Assembly: GCA_000146045.2 (NCBI GenBank)
Contig: BK006941.2
Span: forward strand, 672,001 to 736,000
Direction: 5' to 3'
Length of the DNA: 64,000 bases
Source of the DNA: TPA_inf: Saccharomyces
Lineage: Eukaryota
Notes under the pieces: model-generated
Told to the model about the DNA's origin: nothing
The model's database searches: none
What the model saw: the letters and a program-made list of their open reading frames with translations, nothing else
Shown here: one piece after another, positions 46,893 to 59,448 of the stretch
Numbering within the stretch: position 1 is the first letter of the stretch
Layout of the letters: each line of letters opens with the position of its first letter
Made by a program: the position numbers and the translations under genes

Positions 46893-47924
46893 ATGAGCGA
46901 AGATAAAGCTAAATTAGGGACCACAAGGTCTGCCACGGAATATCGTTTATCCATTGGTAGCGCTCCGACTTCAAGAAGGTCGTCTATGGGTGAATCCTCA
47001 TCCCTGATGAAATTTGCTGATCAAGAGGGATTAACGAGTTCCGTTGGCGAATATAACGAGAATACCATACAACAGCTTCTGTTGCCTAAAATAAGAGAAC
47101 TGAGCGATTCAATCATTACTTTAGATTCCAATTTCACGCGCTTAAATTTTATCCACGAGAGTTTAGCTGATCTTAATGAATCCCTAGGTTCGTTGTTGTA
47201 CGGTATTATGAGCAATTCATGGTGCGTAGAATTCTCACAGGCGCCTCATGATATTCAAGACGATTTGATCGCTATTAAACAATTGAAATCGTTGGAAGAT
47301 GAGAAAAATAACTTAGTAATGGAACTCTCCAATATGGAACGCGGGATTAAAAGAAAAAAAGACGAACAAGGTGAAAATGATTTGGCCAAGGCATCTCAGA
47401 ACAAACAGTTTAACCAGCCGCTATTTCCCTCCTCACAAGTAAGAAAATACAGGTCATATGACAACAGAGACAAGAGGAAGCCCTCCAAGATAGGCAACAA
47501 CTTACAAGTAGAGAATGAGGAGGACTATGAAGACGATACTAGTAGTGAAGCTTCTTTTGTTCTAAATCCAACAAATATCGGTATGTCCAAATCATCTCAA
47601 GGTCACGTGACTAAAACCACGCGTTTGAATAATAATACCAACAGTAAACTGAGAAGAAAGTCCATCTTACATACAATCAGAAATAGCATTGCTTCCGGCG
47701 CTGATTTACCCATCGAAAACGACAATGTTGTTAATTTGGGAGATCTGCATCCAAATAATCGAATATCACTCGGAAGTGGTGCTGCAAGAGTGGTCAATGG
47801 GCCCGTTACGAAGAACAGAAATTCAATGTTCTCAGGACGTGCTGAAAGGAAACCCACAGAAAGCAGACATTCTGTTGCAAAGAAAACTGAAAAAAAAATA
47901 AATACAAGGCCCCCCTTCAGATGA
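46893..47924 (+). CDS. DAM1: DASH/Dam1 outer-kinetochore complex subunit
   Basis: Trimming to MSEDKAKLG gives 343 aa with a coiled-coil N-terminus and a basic Ser-rich tail. The track ORF starts 23 codons upstream. Confidence 0.85.
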   Translation: MSEDKAKLGTTRSATEYRLSIGSAPTSRRSSMGESSSLMKFADQEGLTSSVGEYNENTIQQLLLPKIRELSDSIITLDSNFTRLNFIHESLADLNESLGSLLYGIMSNSWCVEFSQAPHDIQDDLIAIKQLKSLEDEKNNLVMELSNMERGIKRKKDEQGENDLAKASQNKQFNQPLFPSSQVRKYRSYDNRDKRKPSKIGNNLQVENEEDYEDDTSSEASFVLNPTNIGMSKSSQGHVTKTTRLNNNTNSKLRRKSILHTIRNSIASGADLPIENDNVVNLGDLHPNNRISLGSGAARVVNGPVTKNRNSMFSGRAERKPTESRHSVAKKTEKKINTRPPFR

Positions 47925-48408
47925 CTACGCCCAACCCAACCAAAGAATTATCCTCCTCACAAAATATATCGCTAGCATGCGTGAGTTATGGATAAGAAGA
48001 ATATTTGATGAGCTGACTGATTCTTTATAGCAATAGGGAGGAAGGCAGTACACATATCAGCAGTGCATGGGCACAACCCGCATTACAACGAAACATGATA
48101 TATCTATATAAAAGAAGATACGGACAGGCGGTCGAGGCTATTACTGTGCCACTATGCGAGTCATGAATGATTTTTAAATTAGTTAGTACCCCTTTATATA
48201 ACGTCTTCAATAAAAGTGCGGGAAAATTCGGGTAATATTTTCTATAACTGTCATTTTTTTTTCGTTATGTATGGCAAACCAAATTGACAAGAAACTGGAC
48301 AACGGTTAAAGCAAAAGGAGGAAGAAAGATATTGATTTGTGCTTTGAAGAATAACCCAAGCGAACAGGTCATTAATTGCCTAGAATCTTTACATAGAATT
48401 TGCCTTTT

Positions 48409-51400
48409 ATGGAAGAGACGGGAGATTCGAAGCTGGTCCCTAGGGACGAGGAAGAAATAGTAAATGACAACGATGAAACTAAAGCGCCTAGTGAGGAAGA
48501 AGAAGGAGAAGATGTCTTTGACTCCTCTGAGGAAGACGAAGATATTGATGAAGACGAAGATGAGGCAAGAAAAGTGCAAGAAGGCTTCATTGTCAACGAT
48601 GATGATGAAAATGAAGACCCAGGAACAAGTATTTCCAAAAAAAGAAGAAAACATAAAAGAAGAGAAAGAGAAGAAGATGATCGACTATCCGAAGATGATT
48701 TGGATTTGTTAATGGAGAATGCTGGTGTTGAACGTACCAAAGCGAGCTCCTCTTCAGGAAAATTTAAAAGATTAAAGAGAGTAGGAGATGAAGGAAACGC
48801 TGCAGAATCAGAAAGTGACAACGTCGCTGCATCAAGGCAAGATTCTACGTCTAAATTGGAAGATTTCTTTTCTGAAGATGAAGAAGAAGAAGAATCTGGT
48901 TTACGCAACGGTAGGAACAATGAATATGGGCGTGATGAAGAAGACCATGAAAATAGGAACAGAACAGCTGACAAAGGTGGAATCTTGGACGAATTGGATG
49001 ATTTCATTGAAGATGATGAATTTTCTGATGAGGACGACGAAACCAGACAAAGGAGGATCCAAGAAAAGAAGCTTTTAAGAGAACAATCCATCAAACAACC
49101 TACACAGATTACTGGTCTATCGTCGGATAAGATTGACGAGATGTATGACATTTTTGGTGATGGTCATGACTACGATTGGGCTTTAGAAATTGAAAATGAA
49201 GAACTAGAAAATGGTAACGACAACAATGAAGCTGAAGAAGAAGAGATCGATGAAGAAACTGGTGCTATAAAAAGCACCAAGAAAAAGATATCTCTACAAG
49301 ACATTTATGATTTAGAGGATTTGAAAAAAAACTTGATGACTGAAGGAGACATGAAAATTAGAAAGACAGATATTCCAGAAAGATATCAAGAATTAAGAGC
49401 AGGTATTACTGACTACGGAAATATGTCATCGGAGGATCAAGAATTAGAAAGAAACTGGATAGCAGAAAAAATTTCTGTGGATAAGAACTTCGATGCCAAT
49501 TATGATCTCACTGAATTTAAAGAAGCAATTGGGAACGCAATCAAATTTATCACCAAAGAAAACTTGGAAGTCCCTTTTATATATGCTTACCGTCGTAACT
49601 ATATTTCCTCAAGAGAAAAAGATGGGTTTCTTTTGACTGAAGATGACCTTTGGGATATAGTTAGCCTTGACATCGAATTTCACAGTCTTGTGAACAAAAA
49701 GGATTATGTCCAGAGATTTTATGCAGAATTACATATCGATGATCCTATTGTCACTGAATACTTCAAAAATCAGAATACTGCATCTATTGCGGAACTGAAT
49801 TCTCTACAGGATATTTATGACTACCTAGAATTCAAATATGCCAACGAAATCAATGAAATGTTTATAAACCACACTGGAAAGACTGGTAAGAAACATTTGA
49901 AAAATTCCAGTTATGAAAAATTTAAAGCTAGTCCTCTTTATCAAGCGGTTAGTGATATTGGTATATCAGCTGAGGATGTTGGTGAAAATATCAGTTCCCA
50001 GCATCAAATCCACCCTCCCGTAGATCATCCAAGTTCCAAACCAGTAGAAGTGATAGAATCTATATTGAATGCAAACAGCGGTGATTTGCAAGTCTTTACG
50101 TCCAATACTAAGCTGGCAATTGATACGGTCCAAAAATACTACTCTTTGGAATTGTCTAAAAATACAAAAATAAGGGAAAAAGTTAGATCCGATTTTTCCA
50201 AATATTATCTGGCTGACGTTGTGTTAACTGCTAAAGGTAAAAAAGAAATTCAAAAGGGATCTCTGTATGAGGACATAAAATATGCCATCAATAGAACTCC
50301 AATGCACTTCCGTAGGGATCCAGACGTTTTTTTGAAAATGGTCGAGGCTGAGTCTTTGAACCTGCTCAGTGTTAAGTTACACATGTCGTCACAAGCCCAA
50401 TATATAGAGCATTTATTCCAAATTGCACTTGAAACTACCAATACCTCGGACATCGCAATAGAATGGAATAACTTCCGTAAACTGGCATTCAACCAAGCGA
50501 TGGACAAGATTTTCCAGGATATATCTCAAGAAGTCAAAGACAATTTAACAAAAAATTGTCAAAAATTGGTAGCCAAGACTGTTCGCCATAAGTTTATGAC
50601 AAAATTAGACCAGGCTCCATTCATTCCTAATGTCAGGGATCCAAAAATTCCAAAAATCTTATCTTTAACCTGTGGACAGGGTAGATTCGGAGCCGACGCT
50701 ATAATTGCTGTCTACGTCAACAGAAAGGGTGATTTTATAAGAGATTACAAGATTGTCGACAATCCATTTGATAAGACGAATCCTGAAAAATTTGAAGACA
50801 CCTTGGATAATATCATTCAAAGCTGTCAACCGAATGCCATCGGAATCAATGGCCCTAACCCAAAGACTCAAAAATTTTACAAAAGATTACAAGAAGTTCT
50901 ACATAAGAAGCAAATCGTCGACAGTAGAGGACATACTATTCCAATCATTTACGTTGAGGACGAAGTCGCTATCCGTTATCAGAATTCCGAAAGAGCTGCT
51001 CAAGAATTCCCTAATAAACCTCCTCTAGTTAAATACTGTATCGCCTTGGCGCGCTATATGCATTCCCCATTGTTGGAATATGCTAATTTAACAAGTGAAG
51101 AAGTGAGATCATTGTCAATTCATCCACACCAAAATCTGTTATCCTCAGAACAATTGAGTTGGGCTCTTGAAACCGCTTTCGTTGATATTGTCAACCTGGT
51201 AAGTGTTGAAGTTAACAAAGCCACAGATAATAATTACTACGCTAGTGCGCTGAAATACATCTCTGGCTTTGGAAAACGTAAAGCTATTGATTTCTTACAG
51301 TCCCTTCAAAGGCTAAATGAACCATTACTGGCTCGTCAACAATTAATTACTCATAACATTCTTCACAAGACTATTTTTATGAATTCCGCGGGATTCCTCT

Positions 51401-52764
51401 ATATCTCATGGAATGAAAAAAGACAAAAATACGAAGATTTGGAACATGATCAACTAGATAGCACTAGAATTCATCCAGAAGACTACCATTTGGCCACCAA
51501 GGTTGCCGCTGATGCTTTAGAATACGATCCTGATACTATTGCCGAAAAAGAAGAACAGGGGACTATGAGTGAATTCATTGAACTGTTGAGAGAAGATCCT
51601 GACCGTAGAGCTAAACTAGAATCACTAAATCTAGAATCATACGCAGAAGAACTTGAGAAGAATACCGGATTAAGAAAACTTAATAATCTAAATACAATTG
51701 TCCTTGAATTGTTGGATGGATTTGAAGAATTGAGAAATGACTTTCATCCTTTGCAAGGTGATGAAATTTTCCAAAGTTTGACTGGTGAGTCTGAAAAGAC
51801 GTTTTTCAAGGGTAGTATTATTCCAGTCAGAGTAGAAAGATTCTGGCACAACGATATAATTTGCACTACAAACTCTGAAGTTGAATGTGTAGTAAATGCT
51901 CAACGTCACGCAGGTGCACAATTAAGAAGACCTGCAAATGAAATATACGAAATTGGTAAAACATATCCAGCAAAGGTGATATATATTGACTATGCTAATA
52001 TTACTGCAGAAGTTTCCTTATTAGATCATGATGTCAAACAGCAATATGTTCCAATAAGCTACAGTAAAGATCCTTCCATTTGGGACTTGAAACAAGAACT
52101 GGAAGATGCCGAAGAGGAGAGGAAATTGATGATGGCAGAAGCCCGTGCAAAGAGAACACATCGTGTTATCAATCATCCTTACTATTTCCCTTTCAACGGC
52201 AGACAGGCTGAGGATTACTTAAGGAGTAAAGAACGTGGTGAATTCGTGATCAGACAGTCTAGCCGAGGTGATGACCACTTGGTTATCACCTGGAAATTGG
52301 ATAAGGATTTGTTTCAACATATTGATATCCAAGAATTAGAAAAAGAAAATCCTTTGGCTTTAGGTAAAGTCTTGATTGTCGACAATCAGAAATACAATGA
52401 TTTAGACCAGATCATTGTAGAATATCTTCAAAACAAGGTAAGGCTCTTGAATGAAATGACATCTAGTGAAAAATTCAAAAGCGGTACTAAGAAAGATGTG
52501 GTCAAGTTTATTGAAGACTACTCTAGAGTGAATCCAAATAAGTCTGTGTACTATTTCAGTTTGAACCACGATAACCCTGGTTGGTTTTACTTGATGTTCA
52601 AGATTAACGCAAATAGCAAATTATACACATGGAATGTGAAATTAACGAACACTGGTTATTTCCTGGTAAACTACAATTATCCAAGTGTTATCCAGCTTTG
52701 TAATGGTTTTAAGACGCTTCTAAAATCTAACAGTAGTAAGAATAGAATGAACAACTACCGTTAG
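48409..52764 (+). CDS. SPT6: Transcription elongation factor / histone chaperone Spt6
   Basis: The ORF is 1451 aa from MEETGDSKL. It has an acidic N-terminus, YqgF/HhH/S1 regions and C-terminal tandem SH2. Confidence 0.92.
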
Positions 52765-53048
52765 ATGCGTATGTAGTGTCCATTGTTATTATTAATTTTA
52801 TTATTACTTTGACCATTGTTTAGGTAAGGTATGTAAACTAGAACGCTTCAACTGTATTTTTTACGTAATTATTTGCTGCATGTTTAGTTTCGCAAAGTTT
52901 GTACCGTGACGAACATAGCACGAACACAACATTTAATAGAAATAGCTTGGGAACCAAAATTTTAGAAATTTTTTTCACTAATGAGAAGGAAAGCGTTGCA
53001 AAGTGGCGACTATTTTGGTTCTTCAAATATTTGCAGGAAATAAATAAT

Positions 53049-54479
53049 TTACTGTGCATTTCTGATTACATTTAGGATGTAAATTGACTTAGTAGACGTT
53101 CCAGCGACCATTCTCATTTGGTCCTTACTGATATCCATACACTTTATCCTGTCGTGCAAGGAGTTTGCCTCACCAGGAATATTTAAAATTCTCGAATCAC
53201 CAGTCATCAAATCAACACTGTAAATACCTTCATCATTTCCTACCAATACACCATTAGAAGATTCTAATTTGCCGAGAATTGGTAATGAGAAATCATCTTG
53301 ATATATTTCTGTCGCAAAATTTCGTAAGATTTTATCGTAGTAAGTCTGAACTTTATCCAATTTCATTGCCTTTGGATGGCCTGTATTCATAGGTATTTCT
53401 ACTAAAATCAATCTCATGTATGGTTTATGTGACGTGGCTACAACTAGCATGGTACTGGGTGATAATCCTATCGTATCCTTAGTATTGGAATGAACATAAT
53501 CTACTGCCATTACGTCTCGAATGTTGAAAGCGTACGTGCTAAATTCCGCATTGTTTAAGGCAATATTGTATGAATGGACAAGATTTTTGGCATCTATAAT
53601 TGAGTAACATGCTATATGAGTGTATTCTGCTCTGGTAAGAAACACAGAGAAACTATTCTGACCATTGCCGTCACCGTTGGCGATTACATTCAACGACGTA
53701 CAATTGGAAGCCAACTTTATTTCGGAGAGTTTTGTGAGGAAAGTGTTCCCGTTTTTTATCTCCAACAAACTCAATCGCAGGAAGTTATCCATTCCACTAG
53801 TAATAACAAACCAAGATGATTCCGTAACATTGCAGATCTTTATATGCGTAATCATTCTGGCATGAATTTTCCATACTGCGTTGTTCACCAGTTCAAAATC
53901 GTTATTTAGCAAGTAAAAACTTCCGTTCATTGGACATACATATTGGTAACCGGAGCTACCAATGGGTCCGTACAGCTTGACGATGCTCTTGACTTTTTCA
54001 TTAATTTTAAATGACTTCGACGTCGCTTTCTCAATGTCGTAGATTACTAGGTATCCAGTAGCTGACGAAAGTAATATATATTTGCTATCTTCTGTAAAAG
54101 TTGCGCTAATGAACAAGGTATCTTTGGGTAAGGATTTGTTCAATTTTACATCAATACTAAATTTCAAACTATGGTTCCAAGGTTGAATTCCATACTTAGC
54201 ATTGTCAATTGGGGCTAAATCATCGTTTATTGAAAGAGTTTTAAACCTATCTTTGAAAGACCGTCTTTTGTAGTAAATCCTATCTTCAACGACACTCTGC
54301 AAGTCTTCTAGCGGTATCTCACCGACATTACTATTTGAACTATCGGACTTTTCTAAGGCAGAAAGAGGTAACGCTGTCTCCCTTATGAATGCAGCTAATG
54401 TATCTTCCAGACCGTTATGTTTGAGATAATTAGCTATCAATAGATTAGTATAAAATCTGGAAGTAGAATTGTCAGCCAT
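53049..54479 (-). CDS. Uncharacterised protein (YGR117C)
   Basis: The 476-aa minus-strand ORF has no obvious motif. It is divergent from RPS23A. Confidence 0.7.
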   Translation of the reverse strand: MADNSTSRFYTNLLIANYLKHNGLEDTLAAFIRETALPLSALEKSDSSNSNVGEIPLEDLQSVVEDRIYYKRRSFKDRFKTLSINDDLAPIDNAKYGIQPWNHSLKFSIDVKLNKSLPKDTLFISATFTEDSKYILLSSATGYLVIYDIEKATSKSFKINEKVKSIVKLYGPIGSSGYQYVCPMNGSFYLLNNDFELVNNAVWKIHARMITHIKICNVTESSWFVITSGMDNFLRLSLLEIKNGNTFLTKLSEIKLASNCTSLNVIANGDGNGQNSFSVFLTRAEYTHIACYSIIDAKNLVHSYNIALNNAEFSTYAFNIRDVMAVDYVHSNTKDTIGLSPSTMLVVATSHKPYMRLILVEIPMNTGHPKAMKLDKVQTYYDKILRNFATEIYQDDFSLPILGKLESSNGVLVGNDEGIYSVDLMTGDSRILNIPGEANSLHDRIKCMDISKDQMRMVAGTSTKSIYILNVIRNAQ

Positions 54480-54586
54480 GTCGGTCGCACTAGACTTTTC
54501 TTCTCACTGTCACTTACCTGTTTGAAATCATGTCCTTTTTTTTTTTGCCATTCTTATACATTTTCTTTCCTTCTGAAATTAACTGT

Positions 54587-54616
54587 ACACCCATACCCTA
54601 TATACACCCATACCCT
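54587..54616 (+). promoter_or_regulatory. Two tandem Rap1-binding sites (ACACCCATACCC) in the RPS23A promoter
   Basis: ACACCCATACCCT lies at 54587-54599 and again at 54604-54616. Both are about 360-390 bp upstream of the RPS23A ATG, the classic ribosomal-protein promoter architecture. Confidence 0.75.
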
Positions 54617-54973
54617 ATTTTTAAATATAAAAAGTAAACTTCATTTTGAAAGACCACTCTGCATCAGCACGCGGGCTCTGGAAGGAAGAAATGACGTTTC
54701 GGCGGAATACCCTTTCAGAAGGTCTGCTCTTGTGGCTGGTTCATGGGAGACACCCAGCGGAGCTCCTCCCGAGAAAGGCCCCTTCATCTCTGCCGATTGC
54801 TGACGGAAAGCAGTAGCGGAGGTTTGAGTTCTCTACGCCGAGAGTACACTGCCGTAATATCACAATGTTTCGACTAACGGTTACAGTACGTTAAATTAGA
54901 TACTGCCTATGAATTGACATATTAGATAATGTCAAATTTTACAAAAACCTAAGACAACAGGAAATAAACAAAG

Positions 54974-55730
54974 ATGGGTAAAGGTAAGCCAAGAGGTTTG
55001 AACTCTGCTAGAAAGCTACGTGTCCACAGAAGAAACAAGTATGTTGACTATTTCAAAATTAAAAAAAACTATCAACCCCCTATTGTGATATCGTTTTAGG
55101 TGAAGGAAATGTTGTGAGCTCTGGAGTGATAAATTTATCAGTAACATATCCTGGCGCAAATCAGTTTGGAGAGGCTTAAAATGACACGTCACAGTGATAA
55201 AAAGTAATGAATAGTGAACGGTCAGCTTCGGCCATTCTTCCCAATCTATAGTGTGGAAAATAAACCTTTTCTTCCCAAAATAACTCAGAAAGTCACAGGA
55301 GGCCGTTTTTTACAACGGAATCATTTTTTTACTAACAGTTTTTTTTTATTATTATAGCCGTTGGGCCGAAAACAACTACAAGAAGAGATTGTTGGGTACT
55401 GCCTTCAAGTCTTCTCCATTCGGTGGTTCTTCTCATGCCAAGGGTATCGTCTTGGAAAAATTGGGTATCGAATCCAAGCAACCTAACTCTGCTATCAGAA
55501 AGTGTGTTAGAGTTCAATTAATCAAGAACGGTAAGAAGGTCACTGCTTTCGTTCCAAACGATGGTTGTTTGAACTTTGTCGACGAAAATGATGAAGTCTT
55601 GCTAGCAGGTTTCGGTAGAAAGGGTAAAGCTAAGGGTGATATTCCAGGTGTTAGATTCAAGGTCGTTAAGGTCTCTGGTGTCTCCTTGTTGGCTTTGTGG
55701 AAAGAAAAGAAGGAAAAGCCAAGATCATAA
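54974..55730 (+). CDS. RPS23A: Ribosomal protein S23 (uS12), two exons: 54974-55038 and 55358-55730; intron 55039-55357
   Basis: Exon 1 encodes [21 protein letters not shown] plus a split N codon. The 5' splice site is GTATGT at 55039. The branchpoint TACTAAC is at 55330-55336. The 3' splice site is …TATAG|CC at 55357/55358. Exon 2 is the 55389..55730 ORF extended to the splice site. The spliced product is 145 aa. Confidence 0.92.
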
Positions 55731-56045
55731 GCACGAAAGTTATCCTCTCGAGGACTACATTGTTTTTGTACCTTAATGTATCTCTTTATTCTTCCAGAAA
55801 GTTCCTTCTAATTTCTTATTAGGAATGGGAGAGAATCACATCAATATTTTCTCTTTAATAGAATGTATAATTCAATAGAAAAAAACAACATAATTTGCAC
55901 TTTATTTTGATGCTGAGAAAAGTTTTATAGTGAATGTCTGCTTCCCTTGGGTTGAAGTTCTGTTCATATACTAAGTTGGTTAATAATGCTATATATGTAA
56001 TAGATCGATCTTTATACAATTCAGTCATTGATTTAAGTAACCTGA

Positions 56046-57671
56046 TTACGTTTTATTTTTATATTTTTTTACAATTGCAGCATCTTTCTCTAAAACCTCA
56101 TTTAAATATGTTATACCGCGTTGTTGATTCGTCAGAATTTCCACTATCTTATTAATACGATCATTAGATTCTTCACCGGTGCCTTTGGACATGCTGTCTT
56201 GGTTTTTTGTATCGTCGTTGAAAACCATTAATTTACTATCTAATTGACTAGAAATGTTTTTAGCACGTTCTTTTAAGATAGCCAAACGTGCCCAAAGTTC
56301 GTTAGTCTTACCTAAACCTGCAGGATCTTCGCTCCGCTGTAGTAAAGTTTGGAATTGCGACCACATTTTCTCTTCTGCAATACCCAATGGCAGTCCTCTA
56401 TTTTTCAGGGTTGCCAATTGTGTGCCCAATTTTAAGATTCTTTTTTCAATTTCAACATTCCTTGATTGTGCCTTCAAAATTCTGGACGCAGTGTCCAATT
56501 CATGCTTTTGTTGCAATTGTGTGGATTTCTCTAAAATATGGTTCAAAATTATTCTAGCTTGGGCTACATTTTCAGTCTGTACTTGATTACGTTGATTCAA
56601 ACCCTCAAATCCATATATTTGAATGGGAATTGTCTGAGGGGAAGGTTTCTTTTCCATTGCCTGATCCCACTCTTCTTGAAGTACATGTCCTGGTTTTGTA
56701 TATAAAATGGCTTCCGTTTCGTTCACTTTATTGTACACGAAAGCCCTGAGTTTTGTTTTCGTTGTGTTTGGATCCCACGATTCTTTACATTTCAACACCT
56801 GTTCTTGAATTTGCTGCGGATAATTAGACAGCTGCTGTTGTTGAGCAATTGCTTGCGTTTGTTGCAACGGTACTTGAATTTGCTGCTGCTGCTGCTGCTG
56901 TAAATTAGATCCAGTTGAAGGCTTAGACCAAGCAAATGATGGTTGTGTGGATACCGTGTTTCCAAGTCCGGGCGCAGTGTTTGTTTGAGGCTGCTGGGAT
57001 TGGCCAAAAAGGCCACCTCCCCCAAGGGTATTGTTATTCTGGGTGCCGCTTCCAAACAGGCCACCATTAGTTGTTGATCCTTGTGGCTTACTGCCAAATA
57101 GGCCTCCCGTAGTCGCTGTAGTATTCTGAGGCTTTGCACCAAAAAGTCCGCCTGCATTCATGTTAGATGTGTTTTGAGTGCTATTGCCGCCCATCAGTGA
57201 GCCAGTGGATCCTACTTTATTACCAAATAAACCCCCACTTGTGGTACTATTGTTTTGTGCACTGTTGCCGAAAAGACCTCCCGTTGTGGTAGTTGGCTTG
57301 TTTCCAAATAACCCACCTCCAATGGTGGATTGTTGAGGTTGTGCTGTTTGTTGCCCAAATAAACCTGTTCCAGTAGCTGTAGTTCCTGAAGCGGTAGTGC
57401 TTGAACTTCCTAGGCTGCCAAGAGCAGGCTTATTACCGAAAAGGCCTCCACCTGTACTACTTTGTTGGTTACTTCCAAAAGTATTTGTGGCCTGATTTGC
57501 ACCAAACCCTCCGGTAGTAGCCGTCCCAGAATTTGGCTGGCTGCCCCCAAAACCAAATCCTGAAGCCGAAGGTTGAGTATTTGTATTGTTATTGTTTTGT
57601 CCAAATGAAAAACCGGTCGAACCAGCTGGTTTATTTCCGAACCCGTTATTACTACCGCTGAAACCAAACAT
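56046..57671 (-). CDS. NUP57: FG-nucleoporin (GLFG repeats + C-terminal coiled coil)
   Basis: The ORF is 541 aa with many GLFG/GGLFG repeats in the N-terminal half and a poly-Q run. Confidence 0.9.
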   Translation of the reverse strand: MFGFSGSNNGFGNKPAGSTGFSFGQNNNNTNTQPSASGFGFGGSQPNSGTATTGGFGANQATNTFGSNQQSSTGGGLFGNKPALGSLGSSSTTASGTTATGTGLFGQQTAQPQQSTIGGGLFGNKPTTTTGGLFGNSAQNNSTTSGGLFGNKVGSTGSLMGGNSTQNTSNMNAGGLFGAKPQNTTATTGGLFGSKPQGSTTNGGLFGSGTQNNNTLGGGGLFGQSQQPQTNTAPGLGNTVSTQPSFAWSKPSTGSNLQQQQQQQIQVPLQQTQAIAQQQQLSNYPQQIQEQVLKCKESWDPNTTKTKLRAFVYNKVNETEAILYTKPGHVLQEEWDQAMEKKPSPQTIPIQIYGFEGLNQRNQVQTENVAQARIILNHILEKSTQLQQKHELDTASRILKAQSRNVEIEKRILKLGTQLATLKNRGLPLGIAEEKMWSQFQTLLQRSEDPAGLGKTNELWARLAILKERAKNISSQLDSKLMVFNDDTKNQDSMSKGTGEESNDRINKIVEILTNQQRGITYLNEVLEKDAAIVKKYKNKT

Positions 57672-58032
57672 GTGATCAATTGGTCAACAAGGTATGTCTT
57701 TTGTTACTAACGAGCGTTTCTGGAATAGTTTGAACGGGATAATCCTCGATTTAGTCTTTCAGTCCCTTTGGCAAAAAGTTGTTTACATCGACTTGGAGAG
57801 TTGGACTTTTGCTTTTACTCATTTCAAGAAACAAAATTTTTGAAAATAATCCATTTCGCGTACGTTCAAAATGATATAATTACACATTGGCAACAATTAT
57901 TTAGATTATATCACGTAGCTATTGTACTATTTTCCTATGAGAGAACTGCTGTAGCCATGTGGGATGATCATGCGGGCAAAACTAAAATACTTATATCAGT
58001 CCACAATTGAAGTATGGAAAGTTTTCTCCCAA

Positions 58033-58821
58033 CTATGCCGTTTTTATAATGGAGACTAATGTCAAAGATAGGTTTTGCAGGCTTGATGGGTTTTCAAGAC
58101 ACTTTTCGGTCAAGATTTTCAGTGAGATTTGAAATTCTTGCAGAAGGTCTTGATAGTCATTGCGCAGATGATGAATATATGGTGAATTGGAATCAGCACA
58201 AGACTCCAATATTCGACGAGATGCCGTAATCAACTTATACAACTGCTCAATCAGGCCAGAGCAAATTTCTTCTTCTAATGGTTCTATACCGCACATTTCA
58301 TGGAGAGATTTACTCAATCTCTTTCCAAGTGAGAGCGCTTCTGTCAATTGTGAATGGTTACGCAGAGAGCCGTAAATCTCATCTAACTTCTTTAGGTATT
58401 CCAGGACATCCTTTATAATTTCTTGTGTATTGCTGATGTCATCCTTTATCAAATGATCTAATTGAGTCATAAATTTTTGAAGATCACTTTGTGTTTTCTC
58501 TAAATTTATTAGAGTTTCATTTTCTTCATCTGTATAGGTATTGGAAAAAGTCAGATAGTCGTCGTAGTTACTTCTTATTTGTTCTAATAATGTTTGTACC
58601 ATTTTTTGTGAAAGTCCAGACAAATCTCTAATAAGGGAATCGAGAGGAAGGTAATGGAAATTTTTCTGCACTAGGAATCTGTCGACATCAAAGTTATCAA
58701 CATCGGTCCCATTAGTCTCGGATTCACGATACTTCTCTATTTCTGTTGCGAATAACTCTTTCGATATTTCTGCGGTTACCGGTAAATCTAAGTCTAGTTC
58801 ATCATCATTCAAAAAGTCCAT
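58033..58821 (-). CDS. COG2: Conserved oligomeric Golgi complex subunit 2
   Basis: Trimming to MDFLNDDELDL gives 262 aa. The track ORF starts 13 codons upstream. Confidence 0.8.
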   Translation of the reverse strand: MDFLNDDELDLDLPVTAEISKELFATEIEKYRESETNGTDVDNFDVDRFLVQKNFHYLPLDSLIRDLSGLSQKMVQTLLEQIRSNYDDYLTFSNTYTDEENETLINLEKTQSDLQKFMTQLDHLIKDDISNTQEIIKDVLEYLKKLDEIYGSLRNHSQLTEALSLGKRLSKSLHEMCGIEPLEEEICSGLIEQLYKLITASRRILESCADSNSPYIHHLRNDYQDLLQEFQISLKILTEKCLENPSSLQNLSLTLVSIIKTA

Positions 58822-59136
58822 TTCGCCCTGAGAGAAATTGCGACTATGACTGTTGACCATTCCCTTTTCATATTATTTATTATTCTATATTTTTTCTAAG
58901 CTTCATTTTCTTGTCCTGTTGAAAATTCCATGAAATCGAGGTAAAGGCCCGAGCAATAATAATTTTAATTTAAATAAGGCACCCTCATAAAAACGGTCTT
59001 ACATCCCATTATACCTAAATACGTATTTTTTGGATCTAGAGTGTTAACTATTTCACGATTACCGGTTGGTGTACTCAAATAATTAAAATGTTGAGGACTA
59101 AGAGAGCCTATATTTTCTCGAGAACATAGTCAAAAA

Positions 59137-59210
59137 GACTCCATGGCCAAGTTGGTTAAGGCGTGCGACTGTTAATCGCAAGATCGTGAGTTCAACCCTC
59201 ACTGGGGTCG
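59137..59210 (+). tRNA. tN(GUU)G: tRNA-Asn (anticodon GUU)
   Basis: GACTCCATGGCCAAGTTGGTTAAGGCGTGCGACTGTTAATCGCAAGATCGTGAGTTCAACCCTCACTGGGGTCG. A T6 terminator follows immediately. Confidence 0.9.
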
Positions 59211-59448
59211 TTTTTTGCTTGAAATGAGCAACATTGGAGGAAGATTTGTGAAATCCTCCAGTTTTCTTTTTTTCCTCTAGGTTTTAACGAATGTGATAAA
59301 AGATAACTAAATAGGAGGGTCATTAAAATGCTAGGTAACGTATAAACAATGCACATCTATACATATATGAAGGTTTGAATAAGGAATAAATAACACGTGC
59401 TCATAAAAAATCAAGAGAGCCAAGCTGGAAACAAAATCAATAAACCGT

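Noticed and set aside
53616-53865. Two + strand ORFs inside YGR117C
   Set aside because: They are antisense to a 476-aa ORF and short.
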